DNA from: the human T2T-CHM13v2.0 reference genome, Homo sapiens
Assembly (NCBI RefSeq): GCF_009914755.1
Contig: NC_060942.1
Reading direction: 5' to 3' (one strand)
Length of the DNA: 64,000 nucleotides
Shown: positions 26,477 to 40,620 of the stretch, in pieces
How the letters are laid out: each line of letters opens with the position of its first letter
Position numbering within the stretch: the first letter of the stretch is position 1
Program-made: the position numbers and the translations under genes
The notes under the pieces: model-generated
Database searches by the model: none
Told to the model about the DNA's origin: nothing
Seen by the model: only the letters and a program-made list of their open reading frames with translations

Positions 26477-26702
26477 TAGTTTCCTTGAGATTAGTGCAAG
26501 ATATAAGTATCAAACTTTAAAAAGTAAGAATATATTATAAAGGAACATAAAAAAGTACAACTAACAGATAAAAATAATGGTAGAAAAGGTTCAGATAAAT
26601 TAAAAATTCTAATAAGTATAAATGGACTAAACTTACCCATTAAAAGAAAAGAATGTTGGCTTAGATTACAAAATTCCAGATACTTTCTGTTTGGCATACT
26701 GA
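26477..26702 (+). repeat. Isolated duplicate of 27989-28222 (decayed L1M ORF2 start)
   Basis: Shared exact blocks aataagtataaatggactaa, ttacccattaaaaga, ttagattacaaaa, tactttctgttt. Confidence 0.85.
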
Positions 26703-27761
26703 TAGTAAGTAAAATACTTATAATAACTTAGTATGACCTCTTTTCTTGAGATAAATGCCAGATAGTATTTTATAGTTTAAGAATGAGGTCAGTCTCAGCT
26801 ACTGTGGCATTCATGCCTCACCTTGCCTTGCACATAATATATATTTAAAAAATACTTAGTGAATGAATGGATATATTATTTCAGAAGACTTTGGTGAATC
26901 ACACCATGTTGGCCATTTTCTAGTTTGGTTCTGCAGCCAGTTACAATACTGCTACTACAATGGCCCCCACGTTGTTATCACTCTTCATTGTCATATTTCT
27001 TATGCCAGAAGGTCTTCAGAGCTATTTATATTTCTGCCAGTGACTGAGTACTAAATAGTAAATGGAACCTATTTATAAATAGTAAGTGGAGTTTATTTAT
27101 GTAATAATAAGTAGACTTGTAGAGTTATAACAGTCAAACTAATTTGAGAAAGAAAAATTAGCAAAACTAGTTTCCACAGGTGCTACTTGGTGTAAACATT
27201 TGTGTATTTTTCTAACAGTGGTAGTTATTTTACTAGCAAAATATACCAGGTAGGACACACAAGCACTGTCCTTAAGCTTTTTTGGGTTTCCTTTCTTCCA
27301 TAAAAGTCCAGTCCAGATAATATTTATAATTTTTAACACTCTTTGGTTTCTACTTAGATGCTGATAAGAGTACAAAGGACAAAATTCTCACTACCCTATT
27401 TTTAACTTATCAGTTTGAACAATAAAAACCCTCAAGTGGCTCTTAGTTCGTCTAGTTATTTTTACTCGTCATCTTCACTGCCTCTCTTAACTCACAATTT
27501 TCCACTCTCTCAGGCATCAGCCTCTGAGCTTTGGCAGCTGATAGTTATGTTTCTTTTTAACCAGATTGGTGTTAATTAGTCTTTAAAGTTGTATGAGTGG
27601 GTGTTAATTGAACATAACTTTACTGTATCTACCTCAGCTCTTCTTATATTTTGCTCACTGGACACTTTTTATGCTCATATGTTCTAGATGATTCTTAAAA
27701 ATCTATATTATAGCATTATCTGCAATTTTTCTGGTTAAGTCTTCCCTTATTTTAACACTTT

Positions 27762-27827
27762 ATGTGTGTGTAAGTATATATATGTGTGTGTGTATGTTTA
27801 TATTATATATTATATATATATATATAC
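27762..27827. repeat. (TG)/(TA) microsatellite
   Basis: Seen directly. Confidence 0.8.
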
Positions 27828-28382
27828 AAAGTGAAGGCAGTCAAATACTTTCTAAACTTTGTGGTTGTTGAAACACAGCCAAGGCAAAAGAAGAAGTAGA
27901 AAACTATGCTCACATTGACCTGAATTATCAAAGTCTAGATAAGAACAGGGAGTGGAATTTGGGGAACATCAAGGGATTTGAGTATCCCAAAGTTTCTGTT
28001 AGAGTAGTCTAAGATACAAGTGTTAAACTTTAAATTATAAGGACAGACTATAGGGGAACATAAAACAAATTCAACTAACCGAAATAAATAGCAATGGTAG
28101 AAAATGGTCCCATAAATTAAAAATCACAATAAGTATAAATGGACTAACATTACCCATTAAAAGACAAAAAAATGATTGATTAGATTACAAAAATTCTAGG
28201 TACTTTCTGTTTAAAATACTGAAAGACTAAAGGTAAAAGGATTTGTTTTAAAAGCAACATCAAGCAAATACTATCCAAAATAAAACTGGTATACATATGT
28301 CAGCACACAAAATATTATGTTAATATTGGACAATGAGGATAATTACCTAATAATATTTTCAACTAAAATATATAAACATTTA

Positions 28383-28623
28383 TTTTTATTTCAATAATTT
28401 TGGGGGTCCAGTGGTTTTTAGGTTACATGGATAAGTTCTTTAGTGGTGATTTCTGAGATTTTGTGTGTCCATCACCCGAGCAGCATACACTATTCCCAAT
28501 ATGTAGTCTTTTATCTCTCATCCCTGTTGAACCCTTACCCTCTAAGTTCCCAAAATCTATTATCATTCTTATGCTTTTGCATTCTCATAGCTTAGCTCCC
28601 ACTTATAAGTGAGAACATACAAG
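28383..28623 (-). mobile_element. 5'-truncated L1PB-type 3' end
   Basis: gttctttagtggtgatttctgagatttt...tagcttagctcccacttataagtgagaacatac; TSD ATATAAACATTTA. Confidence 0.88.
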
Positions 28624-29020
28624 ATATAAACATTTAAATACATGTACTCCTAACAAAATAGTCTTATAATATATGAAGCAAAAATGTTATCACTAAAGAA
28701 GGAAAATCCAATATTAGTGGGAGGTTTCAGGTGAATTGAAGAGTAAAGAAGAGAGAACGCCTGAAAATATAGAAGAATGAAAAAACAAAATGAACAGACC
28801 TTTCCTAAAAACATGTATACAAATTTTCTTCTGACATTAGAGGATACATATTTTTAACACACATTAAATTTTTACAAAAATTATATTAAATAAATGCTCA
28901 ATATATTTCTAAAAACAAGATCTTATAGACAATGATGTATCAATCACAGTGCAACTAAGTTAGAAGTTAATAATTAAAAGATAAGTTCAAAATTACCATG
29001 TTTCTAAATTAAAATATATA

Positions 29021-29575
29021 CAGATTAAGCATCTCTAATCAGGAAATATGAAATTCAAAGTGCTCCAAAACCTGAAACTTTTTGGCCACCAACATGATCA
29101 CAAGTAGAAAACTCCACAGTTGACAATTTGAATTTCAGATTTTTGGATAAGGCTTGCTCACCCTGCACAGGTACTCTTGTGATGTTACTGTGTTGTTTAG
29201 TTACCCTGAAGACTTTGTTTTTTCACTGTATTAATGATATGCCATATTTTGTACTGTTAATTACTTATATGTGAATAAGTGTAAGAATATAATTGCTTAC
29301 CAGCAGCATATAAATGCAGAGTCAGAAATGGTGGTGACAAAAACAACCACAGATTGTTCACATGGGTAGCCGAGATAGTGACACCTTTGCTTCCTGATGG
29401 TTCAGTGTACTCAAACTTTGTTTCATGCAGAAAATTATTTAAATATTACATAAAATTACCTTCAGGCTATGTGTATAAGGTATATATGAAACATAAATGA
29501 ATTTGATATATAGATTTGGGTCTCATCCCCACAATTTCTCTCTCTCTCTGTCTCTCTCTCTAAATATATATATAG

Positions 29576-29623
<48 letters not shown>

Positions 29624-29702
29624 ATATCCTCCATTCCAAAAAAGTCTGAAATCTGAAACACTTCTTGTTCCAAGCATTTTTGGGTAAAATATTTTCAGCT
29701 TA
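29021..29702. mobile_element. Tigger4/Zombi (MER46-type) element with internal (TC)(TA)(CG)(CA) microsatellite
   Basis: TA|cagattaagcatctctaatc...tgctccaaaacctgaaacttttt; other end aaatctgaaacacttcttgttccaagcattt. Confidence 0.8.
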
Positions 29703-29864
29703 TACTGCTAAATAGCTTATGGGTTAAAGAAAAACTATAATAAAATTTAAATTATTCCTAGAAATAAAAGATAATGTAAATGCTCTATATCAAAACAGAA
29801 GTTAAAAAAGGGAAAAATATTTAAAAACAAGTAGAAGAAAAATAATAAGAAAATAAGAGCAAAA

Positions 29865-30158
29865 GGCCGGGTGTCGTGCCTCATGCCTGCAATCCCAGCA
29901 CTTTGGGAGGCCAAGGCAGATGGATCACCTGATGTCAGGAGTTTGAGACCAGCCTGGTCAACGTGGTGAAACCCCATCTCTACTAAAAGTACAAAAATTA
30001 GCTGGGAGTGGTGGCGAGCACCTGTAATCCCAGCTACTCAGGAGGCTGAGGCAGGAGAACTGCTTGAACCCACAAGAAGGAGGCTGCAGTGAGCCGAGAT
30101 TGCGCCACTGTGCTCCAGCCTAGGCAACAGAGCAAGACCCCGTCTCAAAAAAAAAAAA
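29865..30158 (+). mobile_element. AluSx-type Alu
   Basis: Full dimer with gatcacctgatgtcaggagtttgagacc and A tail. Confidence 0.95.
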
Positions 30159-31537
30159 GCAAAAATTAGTGACATTTAAAAAACAAAAGAAAGATGTAAT
30201 GGAGAAGATCTAGAATGCCAAAATATGCTTCTTTGATAAAATTAATTTCTTAGGGTGATTAAGGAAAGAAGAAAGTCACAGCTAAATCACAGCATAACTG
30301 AAAGGAGGAACATGCTGCAGATCAAGGAGATATTTAAAAAGTAATAATAAAATTAACATCTCTATGCTAACAACTTTGAAAACTTAAGTCAAATAAATTT
30401 CTGTCATAAACCTGTTTACCTAGAATGAGTCAAGAAGAAATAAAAAGACTTGTGTAAACTTGTAGCTATTAAAGAGATTGAAGCATTGGTTACCGGAAAG
30501 TGTCATTGAACTTTTAAGAGATCTATCATTCCAATTTTATACAAACTCTTACAGTAAGCAAAAAAGAATAAATACTTCCCAACACATTCTAGAAGTCATC
30601 AAAACCCTGATATCAAACCAGAAAAATACATTATAAGAACTTAAATAAAAAATTAATTTCATTCATGATGAAGAAAAAAGCATCCTAAACGTAGCTCTCA
30701 CAAACTGAATCTAGATTGTATAAAAAGGTAATACATGACAAAGTCAGATGTAATCAAGACGTGAAGATTGCTTAATATTAGATATTTATATGTAAAATTA
30801 ATCATATTAACAGAAAAACAGAGAAAAATTATATGATTATCTCAATTGATATAGTCTTGAACAACTTTAATACTCACTTATAGGAAAAGCTCTTAGTAAG
30901 TTAGTAGGAGAAGGTGTCTTCCATAATATGGTGAAGACTATTCATGTAATTTTAGAGTAAAGATTACTGTAAATAATGAAACTCTAGAAAGGTTACCTTC
31001 ATATTATATTAAAGGTACTATCCTGTGAATTAAAACAAGAAAAAAAAATACAGAGGCAGGAGGATGGGAAAGAAAGAAATGCAACTATTATTCTTTGCAG
31101 AGAATGTGATTGTTTCCATAGAAAGTACAAAAATTTTTTAGATGTATTGGCAAAATAATAAATGAGAAATAGACCAATTTAAAAATATGTTGATATTTTT
31201 GATATATTTGGAAACATTAATAAATAAGATTGTAATAAACAATAACAGGCTAGACCTTATTTTTAAATCTACATGGAACAGCTGTCAATTTGATAATATG
31301 TATGGCTAAAATACAAGTCTCCACATTAAAAAAATTAAAATCATTCGAAACATATTCCTTCACAGCAATGAAATTAAGCCGATAAGGAAAATGTAAATAA
31401 CTACTAGTTCCTCCAGTGTTTGTAAATTAATCATTATATTTCTAAAAATTCATTAGTCAAAGACAAAGTCATAATACAAATTGGAAAGCAAATTTTTTAA
31501 ATAAAACCTGGCATATAAATATTTATAGGATGCCGCT

Positions 31538-32208
31538 TATGATAGTAACTAATTTATTGCCTTTCAGCTCCAGGTCTGCCATCCTTGGTTCTCTGGACCT
31601 CATAGCATTTCTCTTTTGTCAACTGGCACTGGATCAAGCTTATTTAGTAGGAGGATCTGGAGATACACTGCAGAAATCGAGACCTGTTTCTGGTTCTAGA
31701 CTGTTTCTGTTCCTGAGATAGGTGGAAGTTACCTCTGCACAGGATACCAGTGGTGCTCATTTCCAGTGAGTGTCACAGTGTGATTGGTACCTCTTTGTCA
31801 ACAGCTTCCTCAGGCTTCCTAGCAAGTTATTTCCAGACACATCCCTGTGCAGGGTGTGTTAGCATATACCTTGTATGAGCAGCTTCCCCAGCATCTCAGA
31901 AGGCAGCTCCCCAGTCAGTTCCACAAATCTAACACTTCCTATTCAATGGGCCATGGCTACGCCCTCTCTGATGAAGTCTGGATCACAGCTGTAGAGGAGG
32001 GAGACTGCTCTTCCAGATTTTCTTCTTTCTCGAGAGCCCTACCTTAGCCCCAGACATAGTAGTTGCTCCCTTTATCTGCTATTTATTCTTTAGAACTCTC
32101 TTTATATCTTGGTAGGTAATTCTTTGCTATAAGTAATAGTTCTTTAGTAAAATTATGTGCAAATTGCAATGGGGGTTTTGTCTCTTGATGAAATCCTGAT
32201 GATATACA
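31538..32208 (+). mobile_element. ERVL solo LTR (LTR33 family)
   Basis: aatttattgcctttcagctcca...catttctcttttgtcaactggcac; ends ggttttgtctcttgatgaaatcctgatgatataca. L1M sequence resumes on both sides. Confidence 0.7.
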
Positions 32209-32848
32209 AATAAAACTGCATGAAGGGAAATGTAAAGCCTGCAATGCATATATTTGAAAAGAAGAAAACTTCGAAATCAAGTATCTAAGTATGTACCTCA
32301 AATAAGACACAGAAATACATGAAAAGCGCAAAGTATTGACACTCAAGTTTATTAAAAGGTTTAGTTCACATTGTAAAATCAATACAGTTCATATATTATC
32401 AGAAAAATTAAGAGAAAAAATACAATCATATTAATAGATGCATAGAAAGCATTAGAAAAATATTCAACACCCATTTATAATCAAACACTCTCAGCAAAGT
32501 AGGAATACAGGGGACTCTTAATGCAATAAATAGTATTTATAAAAACCTATGCAAATAATACGTAGTGGTAAATTTTTTGGAAACGTTTAACTTGAGAATC
32601 AGAATGAGGCAAAGAAGACAACACTGATTAACACTGACAAAACAGTACACAATATACATGCGCCTTAAAGAAAACACTGATAAATTGAGCAACATTCTCA
32701 TTTAAAGCTTTTATTTATCAAAATACATCACTAAAGGAATGAAAATGAAAGTGTATGCCACATAATGGGATAAAACATTTGCTGTATTTGTGTATTTGCT
32801 ATATATTATATATTATAATTATGTAGATATATTTATATAAATATTTTC

Positions 32849-32943
32849 AAATATAAAAATACATATTTATATTTGCTATTACATATAAATAAATTATATA
32901 TAAGTAAATATAATAGAAAATATAAATATGTATTTTTATATTT
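32849..32943. repeat. AT-rich inverted repeat (26-bp perfect + 6-bp stem, 29-nt loop)
   Basis: 32849-32874 is the exact reverse complement of 32918-32943. Confidence 0.9.
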
Positions 32944-34212
32944 ATAAAAATTATATATAACTATATATACACAATGTATACACACATGCATAATTGACAA
33001 CCAGAACATAAAAATGACTTAAAAATTGTTAAAAAACAGACAATTCAATTGAAAAGTAAACAAAAGCGTTAAACTTATGCTTCATTATCCAAAGACTAAT
33101 AAACATATGCAAAATGTTCGATATCATGAGTAATGCAACTTAAAACCTCAATGACATAGCACTTCATATCTACCAAAATGACTAAAATAAAAAATGGAGA
33201 TCATATCAAATGCTCCAAGGATGTGGATCAACTGGAACTCTCACTGCTGTTGGGAGTGTAAATTCATTTAACCAGCTTGAAGTACTCTTTGCCATGTCTA
33301 CTTAAGCTAAACATCTGCATTTCCTATCATCCAGAAATTTTACTGATAGAGATACATCTAGCAGATAGGTGTACCTACGGGTAATGAAATATATGCATAA
33401 GAATGGTCAAAGCAACATAATTCATGGTAGCCCAAAACTAAATCATCAACATTTATCAGCAGTAGAATGGAAGAATCATTTGTGTTAGAATTAGCAAAAA
33501 CTATTACACACATAAGCATAGAAGAGTCTCAAAAATCTAACACTGCAAAAGAGCCAGACACAAAAGACTACCTACTGAATGAGCCAGTCTATATAAAGGC
33601 AAAACTACTCTGTACTGTTACGGGATAGTGTATTTCTATTTGCATAGTAGTGGTTTTTCGAGTTAGGACTGGGTATTGCCTGAACAGGTGCATGATAAAG
33701 ACTTCCGGTTTGTGGTCATGTTACAATCCATCACCTGAGTGGTGATTAAATGAGTGTGCTCACTCTGAAAGTCTATCAAGTCGTACAGTTATGTACTGTT
33801 ATGTTTGTGGATGTTTGCTATCTATCAGTAATATATTCACTAAAAAATACAAAAGTAGTAATATTTTTCTAAAGAGAGCTTATTGAGAAAAGCACAGGGT
33901 AGAAGACATGGCTTAATGGAAGAAGATTTCCTAGAGGATACAATATCAAACTCTGAGTTAAAATAAGACGTGTGAGGAAAAGGAGGAGTTTTATAATTTA
34001 AGAGAAGAGAGAAACTTGAGGAATAAGTAGCCAATAATGTCACATGCACCACAGTTCCGAGTAAATAAGAAATTGCCTACTTGGGCATTTAGGAAGATAT
34101 TGGCAACTTTAGTGAGAATAGTTTCTCTAGAGCAGTAGAGAATGAAATCAGATTCTAAAGCTAAGGAGGTAAGAAGAGAATAGTAGTTGAGGAATTACAA
34201 ATAAGAAATGTT

Positions 34213-34534
<322 letters not shown>

Positions 34535-34799
34535 TTAGTTAATCTTTCAGGAAGTACAGCTGCAAAGAAAAGAAGAAAGAAGAGATGGGAAGGTGACTAG
34601 CAGGACTCTAGAACTGGAAATTAATTTTCAGGAGTGGAGCAGTCTAAACTGTAAAAAGCACCAACTAAATGGGAATGGGAATTACTGATGGAGTAAAGTA
34701 TCAGAAAATATGTAAGAGTCTGATTTAAGAGCAAAGGTGAAGTGTTGGCCATGAATAAGAGAAGCTGCACCTAAATTTCTGATACTGGAGGAAATGATC

Positions 34800-34802
34800 T
34801 GT

Positions 34803-34839
<37 letters not shown>
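34800..34839. repeat. (TG)n microsatellite
   Basis: Seen directly. Confidence 0.9.
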
Positions 34840-34840
<1 letters not shown>

Positions 34841-35049
34841 AGAGAGGGAGAGAGTTGTTTGCAGATTTATTACTGGTAGTTACTGAAAAGTTGAGGCAGA
34901 TCACACCTAACAATGTCAATTTTCTGGAATAAATAAAACTTTTCTGATTACACAGAGAAGCAAATTGATTTGGGGCTTATTGAGTTATCAAAGATGCTAT
35001 ACTACACTTCTGCTGAAGTTCTCTTGATTAAATGAAATGGAATTTACTG

Positions 35050-38000
35050 TCTTTGCTTCTAGATTTTTCAATTTATTTGCATATGGTTGCTCACAGCAGC
35101 CACTAATGATCCTTTGAATTCATGCAGTATCAGTTGTAATGTCTCCTTTTTCGTCTCTAATTTTATTTATTTTGGTCTCTTTTTTTTCCTTAGTCTGGCT
35201 AAAGGTTTGTCAATGTTGTTTAGCTTTTCAAAAAAAAAACAAGTTTTTGTTTTGTTAATTTTTTGTATTATTTTATTCTTTTTAATTTCATGTAATTCTG
35301 TTTTGATCTTTGTTACTTATTTTCTTTTAGTAATTTTAGGCTTGGTTTACTCTTACTTTTCTAGTTATTTAAAGATGCATCATTAAGTTTTTTATTTGAA
35401 GTTTTTTCTTTCTTTTTTTGATGTAGATATTTATAGCTATAAATTTCCCTCTTATTACTGCTTTTGCTGTATCCCCTAGGTTTTGGAATGTTGGGTTTCC
35501 ATTATCACTTGTTTCAAGAAAATTTTAAATTTCCTTCTTAATTTCTTCATTGACCAACCAGTCATTCAGAAGCAATTAATTTCCATGATTTGTATAGTTT
35601 GCAAAATTCCTCTTATTTATTTGTAGTTTTATTCCACTGTGGTCAGAAAAGTTGCTTGATATTATTTCAATTTTGTGTATGTTGTACACACAACATACAA
35701 GAGACTTGTTTTGTGACCTAACACAGCTTATCTTTGAGAATGATCTATGTGGTGGGGAAAAGCATCTATATTCTGCAGCTGTTGGGTGAAATGTTCTGTA
35801 AATATCTCTTAGGTTCATTTGCTCTATAGTGCAGATTATGTTCAACATTTCTTTGTTGATTTCCTGTCAGAAAGATCTGTCTAATGCTCAAAGTGGGGTG
35901 TTGAAGTCTCCAGCTATTATTCTATTGAGGTATCTCTCTCTGTCTCTGATAATATTGTTTTATATATCTGGGTACTCCAGTGTTGGGAGCAAATATGTTT
36001 ACAATTTCTATATACTCTTGCAGAATTGACTCCTTTATCATTGTATAATGACCTTCTTTGTTTCTTCTTTATAGTTTTATCTGATAGCCACTCTTGCTTT
36101 TTTTTTTTTTTTGGTTTCCATTGGCATGAAAGATCTATTTTTATCCTCTTATTTTTAGTCTATATGTATCTTTGTAAGTGAAGTGTATTTATTGTAGGCA
36201 ACAGATCATTGTGTCTTTTTTTTAAATTTTTTCAGCCATTCTGTAATTTTCTGGAAGAATTCAGTTTATTTGCATTCAATATTATTATTCATACTTAAGG
36301 ATTTACTCTTGCCATTGTTATTTGTTTTCTGGTTGTTTTGTAGTCTTCTCTTTCTTCTTTCCTTTCTTCCTGTCTTCCTTTTAGTGAAGATGATTTTCTG
36401 ATGGTGTGATTTGATTTCTTGCTTTTTATTTTTTTGGTGTATCTGTTGTATGTTTTTTGATTTGAGGTTACTATGAAGCTGCAAATATTATCTTATAACC
36501 CACTATTTTAAGCTATAACAACTTAGCACTGCTTGCATAAATAAACTAACAAGCAAAAAGAAAATTAGTAAAAACTCTACACTTTAATTTTGTCACCCTG
36601 CTTTTTAACTTTGTGTTGCTTCCATTTATAGCTTATTTTACTGTTTATGTCTTGAAAAGCTGTTGTAGTTATTCTTTTTGATTGGTTCATCTTTTAGTTT
36701 TTGTACTTGAGTACACAACCATTACAGCATTATAATATTCTGTGCTTTTCTGTGTACTTACTATTGCCAGTGAGTTTTGTACCTTCAGATGATTTCTTAT
36801 CACTCTTTAACATCCTTTTTTTCTGATTATATAGTCTCTCTTTAGCATTATTTTTTTAGGACAGGTCTGATGTTGATAAAATCCCTCTGCTTTTGTTTGT
36901 TTGGTAAGGTCTTTATTTCTCGTTCATGTTTGAAAGACATTTCCACCGGATATGATATTCTAGGGTAAAAGGCTTTTTTGTTTGTGTTTGTTTGTTTTTC
37001 CTTCTGTACTTTAAACATGACATGCCACTCTCTCCTGTCCTGTAAAGTTTCTATTGAAAAGTCTGCTATCAGACATATTGGAGCTCCATTGTATATCATT
37101 CTTTACTTCCTTTTCTTTTCCCTTGTGTTTTTAGAATCCTGTCTTTATCCTTGACCTTTGAAAGTTTGATTATTATATGCCTTGAGGTAGTTTTCTTTGG
37201 GTTAAATTTGCTTGGTGTTCTATAAGTTTCTTCTATATGGGTATTGATATCTTTCTCTAGATTTGGAGAGTTCTTGGTTATCACATCTTCGAATTAGTTT
37301 ACTACTTCTATCACTTTCTCCATCTCCCCTTTAAGGCCAATAACTCTTAGATTTGCCCTTTTAAGGCTATTTTCTATAATGTAAACACATCTCACTGTTT
37401 TTTATTCTTTTTACTTTAGTCTCTTCTGACTCTGTATTTTCAAATAGGCTGCCTTCAAGCTCATTCATTCCTTCTTCTGCTTAATTAATTCTGCAATTAA
37501 GAGTCTTTGGTGCATTATTCAGTACGTCAATTGCATTTTTCAACTCCAGAATTTCTGCTTGATTTTTTAAAATTATTTCCATGTCTTTGTTAAATTTATC
37601 TGATATTATTTTGAATTGCTTCTCTTTGTTATCTTGAATTTCTTTGAGTTTCCTCAAAACAGCTATTTTAAATTCTCTGTCTGAAAGGTCACATATCTCT
37701 GTTTCTCCAGGATTGGTCCTTGAAGCTTTATTTAGTTTGTTTGATGAGATCCTATTTTCCTAGATGGTACTGATGCTCATGAGTGTTTGTTGGCGTCTGG
37801 GCATCAGAGAGTTAAGTATTTATTTGGTCTTCACATTCTGGGAGTCAAAAACTTCAGAAATATACTTGATTTTTGATTCTACTGTGGCTGAATTGCACTC
37901 ACACCATGAGACACAGTACTTTTTACTCTTTCCTTCCTTTTCCACAGGCAGAGGAGCCTCACCCCATGGCCACCACCACAACAGACACATGGGGAGAACT

Positions 38001-39272
38001 GCTGGGCTACCATTGATTTTTATTTAAAGCCCAAATGTTCTTCGGTCAGCTTGTGGTGAATGCTGCCAAGCCTGAGACTCATCATTCATGGCAGTTGGAT
38101 CTTTTCTGACCCAGGGCAAAAATGGAAATACTGTCCAAGATTCAAAGCCTAAAATTGTGTACCCCATGAACCCATTTGGTGCTGTACCCCATTGTAGATG
38201 AACTGGTACTTAAGGTACAAGACAAAGTCCCCCTTTTTTCCCTCTGCTTTTCTCAAGCAGATGGAGTCTCTCACTGTAGCCACCACACTTGTGATGTTCT
38301 GGGACTCACCTGAAACCAGCACATTTCAGAGTCTCACCCAAGGCTTATGGAGTACCTGAGTATCACTAGTGATTATTCAGGGACCAAAGGCTCTTTAGTC
38401 AGCAGGTAGTGGATCCTTCCAGGACTGTGTCCTTCCCTTCAAGGTAGTGGGTTCCCTTCTGAAGCAACTTGTATCTAGAAATGTTTTCCGAGAGCTAGGA
38501 TCTAGAACGTGGGACTCACAACTCTAACAGCGCCCTATCCTACTCTTTTTGAACTGGTATCCAAACTGCAAGACAAAGTTCTCCTTACTCTTTCCTCTCC
38601 TCTCCTCAAGTGGATGGAAGGGATCTCTTTTTGAGCCTCGAACTGTGCAAACTAGGGTTGGGGGAGGGGTGGCATAAGTGCTCCTTTAGCAACCGTAGCT
38701 GGTGTCAAATTCACTGGCTCTGAGCCCAGCTCAGCACTAGTACTTGCTAATAGTTGCAGTTCTTGTGGCCTAGACAGCCTTTTAAGTTTATTTATGACCC
38801 CAGAGCCCTTTGGCCCGCAGTGGCGAGGCTTGCTGGAACTCAAGCTCTGACTACTATGATGGGTGATTCCTCTCTGGCTAGGTCTGGTCTAAATGCTCCC
38901 TCTGTGGGCGGGCATCAGCTGAGTTCAACCAGGTTTTGCTTTCTGCTGTGCCAGGGCAGCACTGAGTTCAATGCAATGTCTTTCAATCACTGTGCTGTCC
39001 CTCTCCCAAGTACCCAGATTCTCTCTCTGCACCATATAGCCTACTACTGGGCAATGGAGGAGAAGTGGCATTGGTAATTCAAGACTGTGTTTTTGACTGT
39101 CTTCAGTGCCTTATTCAGTGATATAAAGTTAAAACCAGGTACTATGAGTGCTCACCCGATTTTTAGTTCTTATGATGATGCTTTTTTGTGTAGATAGTTG
39201 TTAAATTTGGTGTCCCTGTTGGGCGGACAATTACTGCAGCCTTTTATTTGGCCATCTCACTCCATCTCTTCT
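35050..39272 (-). mobile_element. Old L1 (L1M1/L1MA-type) 5' half: 5'UTR, ORF1, inter-ORF, ORF2 endonuclease; 3' end missing
   Basis: ORF1 remnants (RTPSKFNPKKTTSRHIIIKLSKVKDKDRILK; GAPICLIADFSIETLQDRREW) and endonuclease remnant (DIYRTFHPTAAEY...FSDHSGIKL). Confidence 0.9.
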
Positions 39273-39277
39273 CCTGA

Positions 39278-39372
39278 TGCCACTTTATATGAGATATTTG
39301 AGCATCCATGGATTTTGGTATCTGCATGGGCCTTGAAATCATTTCCCCATGGACAACAAGGGATTTCTACCT
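39278..39372. mobile_element. MER2 terminal fragment
   Basis: ttgagcatccatggattttggtatctgcatggg...ccccatggacaacaaggga. Confidence 0.7.
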
Positions 39373-40429
39373 ATATATGTGTGCATATTTTTAAAATTGT
39401 TCTTTATATTTTCTTAAAATCAAAATCTAGATAAGGAATTTAGTCATTTAAGAAATACATTTAAAATAATTATTTAAATAATTTATGCAATTCAAATATT
39501 GAGAGATTAAGCAGACAGGAAGATGATATTATAAGTCGTATTTATTAATGACATTATTTTATGAGACAGTAAGTTAAAAAAAGTTACTTAGCATTAAAAT
39601 TTATATCTTTAATACCATATATTATTTATGCTTGAAATTTTTTGTAAGGGTATTTATTTACCCAAATGTCAATAAAAATTATCTCTGAATTATGGTGTTG
39701 TGGTAGTTTGTTTTTCTTTCTTATTCTGTTTTCTTCTCTGAGTTTTGTAAATTACGTCACTTCAGAAAGTACACTTTTTTAGAAAAGTAACATAAAGGTT
39801 GCCTGTAGCTGTCTTTATTTAGTAGGGTCTATAGGAACAAAACACAGGGAATCAAGGAAGAGCCCTTTACGTTCTGTACTGTCCCTCAGCACCTTCCACT
39901 GACAAAGCTCACCTTTTTACCATCTGGCAAAGGAGATCAACTGTAATGGAAAATATAATACTATCTGGAGTCATCAGAGGAGAGAATGGAAAGTGAATGA
40001 GGGGAGACTGCTATTGTACCCAGTACTTTGATAGATTTTTTATAACTGAGGTATCAATTAAGGAAGATATAAGATCAAGAGGATTTTTTAAATAATGAAA
40101 GTAATCCAGTAGAGAAGGACAAATTAGCAATGTAGAAGAAAGAATAAATGTGAAAGCAAGTCATTAAGTAAGAGAAGCCTTAGGAGCAAGTGCCCTAGTT
40201 GAATGACAGGCTGAGCTTAGGAAGGAAGACGTCACAGTAACCAGAGGACAGGTGAAATACCTGAGTTCAGATGCAGGTTGGTTGCCCACTTGTGGGATAA
40301 GGAAAGGGGAAAATTATATATACCTCCGGTAATTGCTTCTAAGATTTCTGTTAACTCACCTGAAATCCCTCCCTAGAGATGATCTTGAAGAAAGCCAGGG
40401 AATTCTCCAAATAGATTTTTCAAAAGATC

Positions 40430-40620
40430 AGTTAAGATTGACAATAAAATGCAGAATGTGCAGTTATATTTGAATATGACATAAACAATACATTTTTAGC
40501 AATGTCCCAAATATTGCATGAACAAAATTGTTTGATATACGTAAATTTGATATGATGCAATATAAAATTCAAATTTGACTGGGCATCTTGTATTTTTATT
40601 TTCTTAACCTGGTAACGTCT
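40430..40620. mobile_element. MER53-like palindromic hAT MITE
   Basis: cagttatatttgaat...tgtcccaaatattgcatg...aaattcaaatttgactgggcatcttgtatttttattt. Confidence 0.75.

Larger units (their letters stand above)
27850..33845 (+). mobile_element. Ancient fragmented L1M (L1ME/MC-like) hosting several younger insertions
   Basis: A-rich degenerate ORF2 and 3'UTR motifs (tcaattgatat, attcaacacccattt, ctgttgggagtgtaaatt, agccagacacaaaag). Confidence 0.7.
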
